Under the pieces are notes generated by a model. It was given only the letters and a program-made list of their open reading frames with translations, was not told the origin of the DNA and searched no databases. From positions 26,122-90,121 of the forward strand of contig CAVPFC010000016.1 in the NCBI GenBank assembly GCA_963703605.1: 64,000 bases of DNA, given 5' to 3'. Both the position numbers and the translations under genes were made by a program. This document shows, one piece after another, positions 38,455 to 49,289 of this stretch (positions are counted from its first letter, which is position 1; the number at the start of each line of letters is the position of its first letter). This DNA comes from an uncultured Actinomycetes bacterium (lineage in GTDB: Bacteria; Actinomycetota; Actinomycetes; Streptosporangiales; Streptosporangiaceae).

Positions 38455-39567
38455 ATGACTTCACATCCCGACCCCCTCGCCGAGCTTTCCGCCGCCGGGG
38501 TGGCGATCTGGCTGGACGACATCAGCCGGGCGCGGCTGACCAGCGGCAACCTGGCCGGCCTGATTCGTGACCGGCACGTGGTCGGCGTCACGTCCAACCC
38601 GACGATCTTCGACCACGCGCTCAGCCACGGCACCGACTACCGCGACCAGATAAGGGACCTGGGCCTGCGCGCGGTCAGCGTCGGCGAGGCGTCGCGCGAC
38701 ATCACCGCCTTCGACGTCCGGTGGGCCTGCGACGTGCTCCGGCCGGTACACGACGCGACCGGCGGGCTGGACGGCAGGGTATCCCTCGAGGTGGACCCCC
38801 GGCTGGCCGGGGACACCGCCAAGACCGTGGCCGAGGCCCGCGCCCTGTGGTGGCTGGTTGACCGGCCCAACCTGTTCATCAAGATCCCGGCCACCCGCGC
38901 CGGGCTGCCGGCGATCACCCAGTGCCTGGCGGAGGGCATCAGCGTGAACGTGACGCTGATCTTCTCGCTGGAGCGCTACGGCGAGGTCATCGACGCCTTC
39001 TTCGCCGGCCTGGAGCAGGCCGGCCAGGCCGGCCACGACGTGGGCTCGATCGCGTCCGTGGCGTCGTTCTTCGTCAGCCGGGTGGACACCGAGGTGGACC
39101 GCAGGCTCGACAAGATCGGCACCCCGGAGGCGGCGGAGCTGCGCGGCAAGGCCGCGCTCGCCAACACCCGGCTCGCCTACGAGCTGTACGAGAACAGGTT
39201 CGCGACCGAACGCTGGCGGGCGCTGCACGCCGCCGGGGCCCGGCCACAGCGCCCGCTGTGGGCCTCGACCAGCACCAAGGACCCGGCCTACCCGGACACG
39301 ATGTACGTGGTGGATCTGGTGGCGCCCGGGATCGTGAACACGATGCCGGAGGCGACGATCATGGCCGTGGCCGACCACGGCCACATCCGCGGCGACACCA
39401 TCCGGGGCACCTACGAGCAGTCCAGGAAGGTCTTCGACGACCTGGCCGTCCTCGGCATCAGCTACGACGACGTGGTCACCGTCCTCGAGGACGAGGGCGT
39501 GACGAAGTTCGCCGCCTCGTGGCAGGAGCTGCTGGAGACGATCGAGACGGAGATGGGGCGCGCGTGA
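38455..39567 (+). CDS. tal: transaldolase
   Basis: ATG 38455 follows AAGGAG. The protein reads [25 protein letters not shown]...VTSNPTIF...FIKIPAT (Schiff-base Lys region). Confidence 0.95.
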   Translation: MTSHPDPLAELSAAGVAIWLDDISRARLTSGNLAGLIRDRHVVGVTSNPTIFDHALSHGTDYRDQIRDLGLRAVSVGEASRDITAFDVRWACDVLRPVHDATGGLDGRVSLEVDPRLAGDTAKTVAEARALWWLVDRPNLFIKIPATRAGLPAITQCLAEGISVNVTLIFSLERYGEVIDAFFAGLEQAGQAGHDVGSIASVASFFVSRVDTEVDRRLDKIGTPEAAELRGKAALANTRLAYELYENRFATERWRALHAAGARPQRPLWASTSTKDPAYPDTMYVVDLVAPGIVNTMPEATIMAVADHGHIRGDTIRGTYEQSRKVFDDLAVLGISYDDVVTVLEDEGVTKFAASWQELLETIETEMGRA

Positions 39568-39628
39568 CCATGGCCGGCGGCGAACTCGGCCCGCGCCAGT
39601 ATGAACCCAGTATGAACGGAGCCACCCG

Positions 39629-41167
<1,539 letters not shown>

Positions 41168-41168
41168 C

Positions 41169-42086
41169 ATGACGATCGATCTGACCGAGACCACCACCGG
41201 CGCGATCCACGATGCGCTCCGCCAGGCGCGGCTCCGCCTCGGCGGCGTGGCCAGCGGCATGGTCCTCACGCTGGTCATCGTGACGGACGAGGTTGAGCAG
41301 TACGACGCCGTCCGGGCGGCGGCCGCGGCGGCGCGCCAGCACCCGTGCCGGATCCTCGTGGTCATCATCCGGCGCCCCCGGGACCGGTCGCGGCTGGACG
41401 CCGAGATCCGGGTGGGCGAGACCAGCCCGGGCGAGACGGTGCTGCTGCGCATGTACGGGCCGCTCGGACAGCACGCGGACTCGGTGATCGCGCCGCTGCT
41501 GCTGCCCGACACGCCGGTCGTCACCTGGTGGCCGGGCACACCGCCGACCGTGCCGGCCGAGGAGCCGCTGGGCGCGCTGGCCCAGCGGCGGATCACCGAC
41601 GCCGCGTCGACCGACGCGCCCCACGGAGTCCTCACCACGCTCGCGGCCGGGTACCAGCCCGGGGACACCGACCTGAGCTGGACCCGGGCGACGCCGTGGC
41701 GGTCGTTGCTGGCGGCCACGATGGACCAGCCGTCCGGGCCGGTGGTCGGCGGTACCGTCAGCGCCGAGCCGGGCAACCCGACCGCCGAGCTGATCGCGGC
41801 CTGGCTGGCGGACGCGTACGGCGTACCGGTGCTGGTCGAGGCGTCGGCCGGGCCGGGTATCACCGAGGTCACGTTCGCCACCACCGACGGCGAGATCACG
41901 ATCAGCAGGCCCGACGGGCGGATCGCGCACTTGAGCCGCCCCGGGCAGCCCGAGCGCCGGGTGGCGCTGCACCGCCGGGACGCGACCGAGCTGCTGGAAG
42001 AGGAGCTGCGCCGGCTCGACCCGGACGACGTCTACGCCGACACCCTCGGCCAGTTCCGGCCGCAGCTCGTTCCCCCGGCGCTCTAA
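41169..42086 (+). CDS. opcA: glucose-6-phosphate dehydrogenase assembly protein OpcA
   Basis: 305 aa immediately after zwf, with OpcA-type sequence (VLTLVIV...PCRILVV...VVTWWPG). Confidence 0.9.
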   Translation: MTIDLTETTTGAIHDALRQARLRLGGVASGMVLTLVIVTDEVEQYDAVRAAAAAARQHPCRILVVIIRRPRDRSRLDAEIRVGETSPGETVLLRMYGPLGQHADSVIAPLLLPDTPVVTWWPGTPPTVPAEEPLGALAQRRITDAASTDAPHGVLTTLAAGYQPGDTDLSWTRATPWRSLLAATMDQPSGPVVGGTVSAEPGNPTAELIAAWLADAYGVPVLVEASAGPGITEVTFATTDGEITISRPDGRIAHLSRPGQPERRVALHRRDATELLEEELRRLDPDDVYADTLGQFRPQLVPPAL

Positions 42087-42095
42087 GGCGCAGCG

Positions 42096-42875
42096 ATGAG
42101 CCCGCCCGAGGTACTTGTTCACCACGACGCTGATCTGCTCGCCAAAGCGATCGCGGCGCGGCTCGTCACCAGGCTCGTGGACGCCCAGGCCGCCGCGGGC
42201 ACCGCATCGCTCGTGCTCACCGGCGGCGGGATCGGCACCGCCGTGCTCGCCGAGCTGGCCGCCGCGCCGGCCCGGGACGCGGTGGACTGGCACCGGCTGG
42301 ACATCTGGTGGGGCGACGAGCGGTTCCTGCCCAGCGGCGACCCGGAGCGCAACGAGGCCGGCGCGGAGCAGGCCCTGCTGCGTTACCTCGACATGGACCC
42401 GCGGCGGGTGCACCGGATGCCCGGGACCGACGGCCCGGACGGCCCCGACCCCGAGGCCGCCGCGGCCAGGTACGCGGACTGGCTGCGAGAGGCCGCACAG
42501 CCCGAGGACCACGGCCCGGTGCCCGCGTTCGACGTCCTGCTGCTCGGCATCGGCCCGGAAGGCCACGTGGCATCCCTGTTCCCCGGCATGCCCGCGCTCT
42601 ACGACGACCGGAGCGTGGTCGCGGTCCGGGGCGCACCGAAGCCGCCGCCCACCCGGCTCACGCTCACCCTGCCGTCGATCCAGAACGCGCGGGAGGTGTG
42701 GGTGCTGGCCTCCGGCAAAGAGAAGGCCGGCGCGGTCCGGCTCGCCCTGTCCGACGTGGGCCCGGTCCAGGTGCCCGCGGCCGGGGCCCGGGGCAGGCAG
42801 CGGACCCTGTTCCTGCTCGACAGCGCCGCGGCGGGCCGCCTCCCGCCGCAGCTCAACCGCATCGCATCCCCCTGA
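42096..42875 (+). CDS. pgl: 6-phosphogluconolactonase
   Basis: 259 aa with LTGGGIG...WGDERF...FDVLLLGIGPEGHVASLFP. Confidence 0.9.
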   Translation: MSPPEVLVHHDADLLAKAIAARLVTRLVDAQAAAGTASLVLTGGGIGTAVLAELAAAPARDAVDWHRLDIWWGDERFLPSGDPERNEAGAEQALLRYLDMDPRRVHRMPGTDGPDGPDPEAAAARYADWLREAAQPEDHGPVPAFDVLLLGIGPEGHVASLFPGMPALYDDRSVVAVRGAPKPPPTRLTLTLPSIQNAREVWVLASGKEKAGAVRLALSDVGPVQVPAAGARGRQRTLFLLDSAAAGRLPPQLNRIASP

Positions 42876-42881
42876 TCTCTG

Positions 42882-42912
42882 GCCCGCCCCGGCCCGGCGG
42901 GCCGGGGCGGGC
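42882..42912 (+). terminator. GC-rich hairpin after pgl (13-bp perfect stem, 5-nt loop)
   Basis: GCCCGCCCCGGCC-cggcg-GGCCGGGGCGGGC, read directly, 7 nt after the pgl stop. No U-tract, which is common in actinobacteria. Confidence 0.6.
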
Positions 42913-42969
42913 GGACGATCCGTCCGGGTTCGCCCGCTGCGGCCCGCGTTGCCCGGTTAGGATCACGCC

Positions 42970-44628
42970 GTGCCCCCCGTCCCCCGGCTCGCGGCCCGCC
43001 GCGACCATCTTGTCGTGTGCGGCGATGACCCTCTCGCGGCCCGCGTTGTGGAGGAACTGACCACCACCTACGGCGAGGAGGTCACGGTCCTGCTCCGGTC
43101 GCGGGAGGCCGGCCAGGGGCCGCGGATCGCCCGGATGCCCAGGGTGCGGATCATCGAGCGGGCCGAGCTTGACGCCGGCGCCTTCACCGCCGCCGGGGTG
43201 CAGTCGGCGCGCTCTCTCGCCCTGCTCCGCCAGGACGACCTCGGCAACTTCCACGCGGCGCTGCGGGCACAGGAGATCAACCCGGACCTGCGCCTGGTGA
43301 TGGCCATCTTCAATACCAGCCTGGGCGAGCGCATCGAGACCTTCCTCCGCGACTGCGCGGTCCTTTCCGGTTCCTCGATGTCCGCCCCCTCGTTCGTGGC
43401 GGCGGCCCTCGGCGAGCCCGCGCCGAGCCACATCAGGGTGGCCGGGCGCACCCTGTACGTGGCCAGGCGCACGGACGTCCATCCGCGCAGCACCCTGTGC
43501 GCGCTGGCGATGACCCAGGATCCGGTGTCGCCGGGGCTGCTGCCGCCGGACACCGCGGACGCCGACCTTGTCCTCGCGATAGCGGACGGTACCGCGCGCA
43601 ACCCGCTCGCCAGGCAGCGCAGGCATCCGGTGCGCGCCGCCGCCGGCCTGGCCAGGGACCTGTTCTGGAACAAGCTCGGCCTGGCCTTCGCCATCCTGTT
43701 CACCTTCCTGGTCGTCGGCTTCGTGATGCTGTTCATCTCGGCCGGTTTCTCCTTCGGGAACTCCGCGTACCTGACCGGCCTCGACGCCGCCGGGGCCGCG
43801 GTGAGCTATCCGCGCTACCCGTCGGTGGAGAAGTGGGCCCAGGTGATCCTGACCTTCGACGGGCTGGCGTTCCTCCCGGTGGTGACCGCGGTGATCGTCG
43901 GCGCGCGGCTGACCGGGTCGGTGCAGCGCACCGAGCGCCCGCTCAGCGACCACGTCATCGTTGTCGGGCTGGGGAACGTCGGCACCAGGATCGTGGGCCA
44001 GCTTCACGACCTGGGCGTGAGCGTCGCCTGCGTGGACAAGAGTGAGACCGCGGCCGGAATCGCCCTGGCCCGGCGCCTGGGGCTGCGGGTCGTGATCGGC
44101 GAGACGGACCGGGAGGAAACGCTGCGCGCCGCGGGAATCAGCACCTGCCAGGCGCTCGTCTCGGTCACCAACAGCGACACGGTGAACCTGGAGACCGCGC
44201 TGCACGCGCGCGCGCTTGCCAGCGACATCCGGATCGTGCTGCGGCTCGGTGACGACGACCTGGCCGGGCGGGTGCAGCGCAGCATCGGCAACACGATCTC
44301 CCGCAGCGTGCCCTACCTGGCCGCCCCCTCGTTCGCCCTCGCGATGCTCGAGCACCAGGTACTGCGCACGATCGCGGTGGGCCGGCACGTGCTGCTCATC
44401 GCCGATGTCAGGGTGGGCCGCGGCTCGGATCTCGACGGCACGCGGGTGGAGGACGTGCACCAGACCGGCCAGGTGCGCGCCCTGGCCGTGCTGCGGGCCG
44501 GCAGCGGCGCGGTGGACTGGTCGCCGCCGGGCATCCTGCGGCTCACCGGGCAGGACCGGCTCTACGTGATCGCCACCCGGGCGGGGCTGTCCCGCGTGCT
44601 GACGGGCAGCCAGGCACCCCGTGATTAA
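42970..44628 (+). CDS. membrane protein with two TrkA-N/RCK-like NAD-binding domains (potassium-channel-family-like)
   Basis: 552 aa. One Rossmann-like segment is HLVVCGDDPLAARVVEEL and a second is HVIVVGLGNVGTRIVGQLHDLGVSVACVD. They flank two or three TM helices. I see no canonical T(V/I)GYG filter. Confidence 0.6.
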   Translation: MPPVPRLAARRDHLVVCGDDPLAARVVEELTTTYGEEVTVLLRSREAGQGPRIARMPRVRIIERAELDAGAFTAAGVQSARSLALLRQDDLGNFHAALRAQEINPDLRLVMAIFNTSLGERIETFLRDCAVLSGSSMSAPSFVAAALGEPAPSHIRVAGRTLYVARRTDVHPRSTLCALAMTQDPVSPGLLPPDTADADLVLAIADGTARNPLARQRRHPVRAAAGLARDLFWNKLGLAFAILFTFLVVGFVMLFISAGFSFGNSAYLTGLDAAGAAVSYPRYPSVEKWAQVILTFDGLAFLPVVTAVIVGARLTGSVQRTERPLSDHVIVVGLGNVGTRIVGQLHDLGVSVACVDKSETAAGIALARRLGLRVVIGETDREETLRAAGISTCQALVSVTNSDTVNLETALHARALASDIRIVLRLGDDDLAGRVQRSIGNTISRSVPYLAAPSFALAMLEHQVLRTIAVGRHVLLIADVRVGRGSDLDGTRVEDVHQTGQVRALAVLRAGSGAVDWSPPGILRLTGQDRLYVIATRAGLSRVLTGSQAPRD

Positions 44629-44893
44629 ACCCTGTTCACTGAGCGTAAAACAGTCTCGCTCTGGGTAAAACTGGGCCTCCCCAACTTTTGCCTTCGGAGT
44701 TACCCTCAGGGCAGGTCTTCCCCGTGGTCCCGCAGGGTCACCAGTGAAGGCGAAGGAAGGGCTCCTTGGCCGCTCAGCGCTCGACTTCACGTCGCGGCCA
44801 TCGCTGCTTTCGGTTAATTCCCCGCCGCCCGCCGAGCCGCCACGCAGGTCTGCCCGCGGCCCGTCCGGCGCACCCCTCGACAGGAGGAAACCC

Positions 44894-45541
44894 TTGACTT
44901 CCACCGACGTCGAACGACCTCTCATGCTGGCACCGGCGGCGGACCCGGCGCCTCTTGGGCTTGGCGCTTTTGCCCTGACCACATTCCTGCTCTCGGCGGC
45001 CAATGCCAACTGGATGACCAAGGCCACCGGGGACGCCTGGCTCGGTTATGCGTTCGCCTACGGCGGCCTGGCCCAGTTGCTGGCCGGTATGTGGGAGTTC
45101 CGTAACCGCAACGTGTTCGGCGCCACGGCGTTCTCCACCTACGGCGGGTTCTGGATCGGGCTGGGGCTGTGGGCGCTGCTGGTCGCGCCGCCGCCCGCCG
45201 GGGCGAGCCCGCTGGTGGCGGCCGCGCACGCGGCGGCGGCGCAGAAGGACGTGGCCTGGATCTTGCTGGCGTTCGCGATCTTCAACACCTACATGCTGCT
45301 GTGGAGCACGCAGGTGAACATCGCGGTGTTCGGGGTGTTCCTTACCCTGGAGGCGACCGAGATCTTGTTGTTCATCGGCAACTTCGCGGCCAACAGCAAC
45401 GTGGTCAAGATCGGCGGCTACGTGGGCGTGGTGACGGCCGCGGTCGCCTGGTACACCTCGGCGGCGGGCGTGATCAACGGCATGCGCGGCACTCCGGTGC
45501 TGCCGGTCGGCAAGCCGTTCGGCGCGCCGCAAACGTCCTGA
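44894..45541 (+). CDS. GPR1/FUN34/YaaH (SatP) family acetate/succinate transporter
   Basis: TTG 44894 follows AGGAGGA. Contains ADPAPLGLGAFALTTFLLS and the block GMWEFRNRNVFGATAFSTYGGFWI. Confidence 0.85.
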   Translation: MTSTDVERPLMLAPAADPAPLGLGAFALTTFLLSAANANWMTKATGDAWLGYAFAYGGLAQLLAGMWEFRNRNVFGATAFSTYGGFWIGLGLWALLVAPPPAGASPLVAAAHAAAAQKDVAWILLAFAIFNTYMLLWSTQVNIAVFGVFLTLEATEILLFIGNFAANSNVVKIGGYVGVVTAAVAWYTSAAGVINGMRGTPVLPVGKPFGAPQTS

Positions 45542-45557
45542 CGGGCGCCGGAGTCTG

Positions 45558-45584
45558 ATCCCGGGGGCCACCGGCCCCCGGGAT
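45558..45584 (+). terminator. hairpin after the SatP-like gene (12-bp perfect stem, 3-nt loop)
   Basis: ATCCCGGGGGCC-acc-GGCCCCCGGGAT, read directly, 17 nt after the stop. Confidence 0.6.
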
Positions 45585-45651
45585 TGGCATATCCGCCCTG
45601 GGTAGCGTAGGAGCCCGAGAGCCAAGGACCGGCACCCAGGGAAGGATCGCG

Positions 45652-46389
45652 GTGGACCTGCAAGAACAGCGTCAGCTTGACCTGGCGGAGCAGGTGGCCA
45701 AGGTCAGGAAGCGGACCCGGCCGTGGCGTGCCATCATCGCCCTGGTCCTGGCCGTCGTCGCCGCGTGCGTTTCCTACGCGGTCGGCCACCGGCTGCCCGA
45801 CTTCTTCGAACCAGGGCAGCTGGGAAGGTCGATAGCCGCCGTGGCGGCCGCGGGCGCCTTCCTGCTCTTCGGGCTCGCCGCGGTCCTGGGGCTGGCCGGC
45901 CAGGCGCGCCAGGTCCTCCAGCCCGTCATGGGATCGGCGCACGCGGCGGTCGTCCGGTACTCCATCGTGCTGGTCGGCACCGTTACCACGATCACCATCA
46001 CGCTGGCGCTGTTCAAGATCCCGGTCGGCCAGCTCATCGTCGGCGGCGCGCTGACCACCATCCTGATCGGCATCGCCGCCCAGCAGTCGCTCAGCAACGT
46101 GTTCGCGGGCATCGTGCTGCTGCTGTCCCGCCCGTTCAACGTCGGCGACCCGATCATGCTGCGGTCGGGGGCGCTCGGCGGGCAGCTCGAGGGCACGGTG
46201 ACGGAGATCGGCATCACCTACGTCCGGCTGGAAACCGACACCGGCGTGATGTCGCTGCCCAACTCACAGGTACTCGCCGCCGCCGTCAGCCGCCGGGCAA
46301 CTGCCGCGCAGCGCGGCAGCCGCCCGGACGCCCAACTACTCCCGCCGTCGGCACCGGCGCGGGACGGCGATGGCCCGCCAGCGCCCTAA
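45652..46389 (+). CDS. MscS-family mechanosensitive channel
   Basis: 245 aa. It has three TM helices followed by GIAAQQSLSNVFAGIVLLLSRPFNVGDPI...G.VTEIGITYVRLETDTGVMSLPNS. Confidence 0.85.
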   Translation: MDLQEQRQLDLAEQVAKVRKRTRPWRAIIALVLAVVAACVSYAVGHRLPDFFEPGQLGRSIAAVAAAGAFLLFGLAAVLGLAGQARQVLQPVMGSAHAAVVRYSIVLVGTVTTITITLALFKIPVGQLIVGGALTTILIGIAAQQSLSNVFAGIVLLLSRPFNVGDPIMLRSGALGGQLEGTVTEIGITYVRLETDTGVMSLPNSQVLAAAVSRRATAAQRGSRPDAQLLPPSAPARDGDGPPAP

Positions 46390-46727
46390 GAGTGATGCGT
46401 GGCCTCGTACTTGCTGACCACTTCGGCGGGAATGCGGCCGCGCTCGCTCACCTCGAGCCCGTTGTCCTTCGCCCAGGCGCGTACCTCGGCGCTGTGCTTA
46501 CGGTGGGCTGCCGTTCTCCGCTTTGCCCTGGGTACCCGCGCCGAAGACTTACGAGCGTGCGACGCATACCGGCTGACGGCCTCGTCGAACCTTTCGCTGT
46601 GCTTCAGGCATAGGTCGATCTCATAGTCACGGCCGTCGATGCTGAACCTCCGGAGCCGATGCTGGCCTTCCGGAATCTCTTTCTGGTCGTAGTCACAGGC
46701 ATATGTGACCGAAACTTTCTGGGCCAC
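46386..46727 (-). CDS. lsr2: Lsr2-family nucleoid-associated protein
   Basis: GTG 46727 follows AAGGGGAAGGGGGG. The protein reads VAQKVSVTY..DYD...FSIDGRDYEIDL... with a basic linker, and ends in the C-terminal DNA-binding motif VRAWAKDNGLEVSERGRIPAEVVSKYEA. Confidence 0.85.
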   Translation of the reverse strand: MAQKVSVTYACDYDQKEIPEGQHRLRRFSIDGRDYEIDLCLKHSERFDEAVSRYASHARKSSARVPRAKRRTAAHRKHSAEVRAWAKDNGLEVSERGRIPAEVVSKYEATHHS

Positions 46728-46964
46728 TACTGCACCCCCCTTCCCCTTGTTGCAAATATATCCCCCCTGCGCCGGCTCAACCGTAACGACACCCAGGTCA
46801 ACCCCGTTGAGGGAACGGCGGCCGTCGGCCTCAACACACACTGCGTGACGCTTTGAACGCCATTCGCGGTGTCCCGGCCCGTGTGCGGAAGCGGAAACTC
46901 CGCCACGACGGCGCTACGGTCGCCTGGCGCCCTTCACCCTGGCGCCCCGGCAATGCCGGCATGC

Positions 46965-48608
46965 TTACCGTGCGGGGCGCTTGCCGCGCGGCGCCCGCCC
47001 GGACGGTGGCCATACTGGCCATAACGGAGCGAATCGGTGGAAGGTTCGTCCGACGGCCGGGTTACCCGGCCGGCCCCGGCCGGCTGCCGTTCCGGGCCGG
47101 AATTCGCCGCAGGAACAAGGCCCGGCCGAGCAGGCGCTGACCCGGGCCGCCCCGGCTGGGCTACCTGGCCCGGCCGCGTACCTCGTGTTCGCCGTGCGCC
47201 GGGCCGTAAGGGAAGGACTCGTGATCATCGTCGCGGTGGCGGGACCGGGCCCCGCCTTCCGCGGGCGGGCCGCCGTCCCTGGACCGGGGATCGGCGTAGG
47301 GGCGGGCGGGCGGGTAGTCCGCGTCCCGGGGCGGACGGGGGTAGTCCCGCGGGCCGTCGCCCCCCTGGTAGACCGGCCCGGACGGGCCCGTTGGGTAGTC
47401 GGGAGAGACCGGATCCGGGTACCGGCCGCCGGCCGGTCGTCGAAGTCCTGGCTCAGCATGTCGCCGCGGTAGATGCCGGTCGGCTCGTCCTCGTAACCGC
47501 CACGGGAGTACGCGGCGGTCCGTTGCGGCTCATACCGTTCCCGGCGGTCGCCCCGGTCGAGCGGTTCGTCGGTGTCCAGGGGCCTGCTCGTGTCCAGCGG
47601 GTCGCCGGAGTACCGCTGGGCCGGCTCGCGCTCGAACCCGCCGGAGTGCCGCCTGGCCGGCTCGCGCTCGAACCCGCCGTGCGGATCCTCGTCGTGGTAG
47701 GCGCCGGCCGATCCGGGCAGGCTGTCGTCCGGGTACGGCCCGGTCGCCTCCTGCTCGTAGCCGCCACCGTGGTACGCGCCGGGCCGCTCATCCTGGTAGC
47801 CGCGCCGGTGGCTGCCGTCCGGGTACCCGCCGGTGGACCGCTCCTCATACCGGCCCGCCGCATCGGGTTCGCGGTACCGCCCACCCGGCGCGTCGGGGTA
47901 TCCGCCCGCTGGGCGTTCCTCATACCGGTCGGTGCCAGCTTGATCGGCTTCGCGGTACCGCCCGCCCGCTGCGTCGGGGTACCCGCGGGTGGGCCGCTCC
48001 TCGTACCGGGGGGCGCCGGCTTCGGGTTCGCGGTACAGGCTGGTTGGCTCGTCGGAGTAGCCGGCGGCCGGGCGCTCCTCGTACCGGGCGGCGCCGGCCT
48101 CGGGTTCGCGGTACAGGTCGGCCGGTGCGTCAGCATGGCCGCCGGCCCGGTGCCCCCCGGTGCGCCTGCCGTCGGAGTACCCGCCGGTCGGCGCCGCTGC
48201 GGCGGGCTCCGCGCCGTGGTCGGCCGGGGCACGCTCATCCCCGTGATGCCGGCCGCTCCTGGCCCGCTGGGGCGGCGCGGCGACCGGGCCCGCTTCGATG
48301 CCGCCATCGGGTGTGGCGGGCTGGGCGGCGCGCGGCGGGCTCCCCCGCTGCGCCTGCCCGGCGGCCGGCGGTTCCGGCACGTCGTCCCCGTCGGGACCAC
48401 GTTGCAGTGCCTGAATCATCCGGGGCAGGTCGGCGATCGGCAGCCGGAACGTCCCGGTGCACGTGCCACCCTGCCAGATGCTGAACACGGCCACCCCAGT
48501 GTCCGCGTACCAGCTCAGCCGCATGCTGCGCGATTCGCCCCTGACGTCGAAGTAGACCTCGCCAAGCCGGGGCAACGGTGCCGCGTCCGACGCTGACATG
48601 CTGCCCAT
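46965..48608 (-). CDS. protein with a small conserved N-terminal domain and a long disordered Tyr/Arg/Glu/Pro/Gly repeat region; probable -1 frameshift near 47422-47430
   Basis: Coordinates are the as-assembled ORF (547 aa). The N-terminal domain is LGEVYFDVRGESRSMRLSWYADTGVAVFSIWQGGTCTGTFRLPIADLPRMIQAL. Repeats of the types YREPEAGAxRYEERP, GGYPD and GGFEREPAxRxSG follow. After ...DFDDRPA the composition changes, while the adjacent frame continues YPDPVSPDYPTGPSGPVYQGGDGPRDYPRPPRDADYPPARPYADP... to TAG at 47161. Confidence 0.6.
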   Translation of the reverse strand: MGSMSASDAAPLPRLGEVYFDVRGESRSMRLSWYADTGVAVFSIWQGGTCTGTFRLPIADLPRMIQALQRGPDGDDVPEPPAAGQAQRGSPPRAAQPATPDGGIEAGPVAAPPQRARSGRHHGDERAPADHGAEPAAAAPTGGYSDGRRTGGHRAGGHADAPADLYREPEAGAARYEERPAAGYSDEPTSLYREPEAGAPRYEERPTRGYPDAAGGRYREADQAGTDRYEERPAGGYPDAPGGRYREPDAAGRYEERSTGGYPDGSHRRGYQDERPGAYHGGGYEQEATGPYPDDSLPGSAGAYHDEDPHGGFEREPARRHSGGFEREPAQRYSGDPLDTSRPLDTDEPLDRGDRRERYEPQRTAAYSRGGYEDEPTGIYRGDMLSQDFDDRPAAGTRIRSLPTTQRARPGRSTRGATARGTTPVRPGTRTTRPPAPTPIPGPGTAARPRKAGPGPATATMITSPSLTARRTANTRYAAGPGSPAGAARVSACSAGPCSCGEFRPGTAAGRGRPGNPAVGRTFHRFAPLWPVWPPSGRAPRGKRPAR

Positions 48609-48989
48609 GGTGACTCGCGACCCTCCGCTTTGTCTAGTTGGTGATCATTTATGGACGGCTGCTTACGCCCTCGTTACTAAGTGGTCTAGGCCGATTCTCT
48701 CGCCTGGCTGCGCGACGGCCGTGCCGGATGGCACAATTGGGCGTCGGTTCGGCTGAACTGGCTGGCTACGTCGGGACCGCTGGCGGATAACCCGCCCCAT
48801 GCTCATCCGGCGCCTGATTTGCCTCCGATCTCCCTGGCGCGCAGCGTCGCAGCGCTCGTATGCGCGCGGGAACACTAGGGCGGCACAGTGCGTTGGAGGG
48901 ATGGACGGGGTTAGAGCGTGAGACCGCGTGTCCAGCAGCATGGTGCTGACTTGGCCGAGGAACACACGGGAACTTGAGGAGATCGATTC

Positions 48990-49289
48990 ATGTCTGAGGT
49001 ACGTCGGCAGGTGGCCTTGCCCCCTCGGCCGAACTGGGCTTGGCAGGATGCCGCCGCGTGCCGAGGCAAGGACATAGTGCTCTTCTTTGGTCCCGACGGC
49101 GAACGGCAGCCGGAACGGGAGATCCGCGAGCGCAAGGCGAAGCTGGTGTGCGCTTCCTGCCCCGTTCGGGGGGAATGCCTGAACTATGCCGTTTCCCGCC
49201 CGGAAAAGTACGGCACCTGGGGCGGCCTCAACGAGGAAGAGCGCGCCTCGGAACGCCGCCGCCGCATGCGCCGCGCAAACGCGGCCTGA
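48990..49289 (+). CDS. WhiB-family Fe-S transcription factor
   Basis: 99 aa; RBS GAGGAG. The four Cys lie in AACRGKD...VCASCPVRGEC, with GTWGGLNEEER and a basic tail. No AT-hook, so it is not WhiB7-like. Confidence 0.9.
   Translation: MSEVRRQVALPPRPNWAWQDAAACRGKDIVLFFGPDGERQPEREIRERKAKLVCASCPVRGECLNYAVSRPEKYGTWGGLNEEERASERRRRMRRANAA

Noticed and set aside
36283-39567. Possible natural transketolase-transaldolase fusion protein (1094 aa).
   Set aside because: The linker is compositional filler. The genuine Tkt C-terminus is in the neighbouring frame and ends at 38440. tal has its own RBS and ATG at 38455. One extra T at 38188-38189 explains everything.
48990-49289. The WhiB gene as WhiB7, which would link it to the ABC-F gene.
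   Set aside because: The C-terminus (ERRRRMRRANAA) lacks the RGRP AT-hook that defines WhiB7. The loop FFGPDGERQPEREIRERKAK looks more WhiB3/WhiD-like, and I cannot assign the subfamily with confidence.
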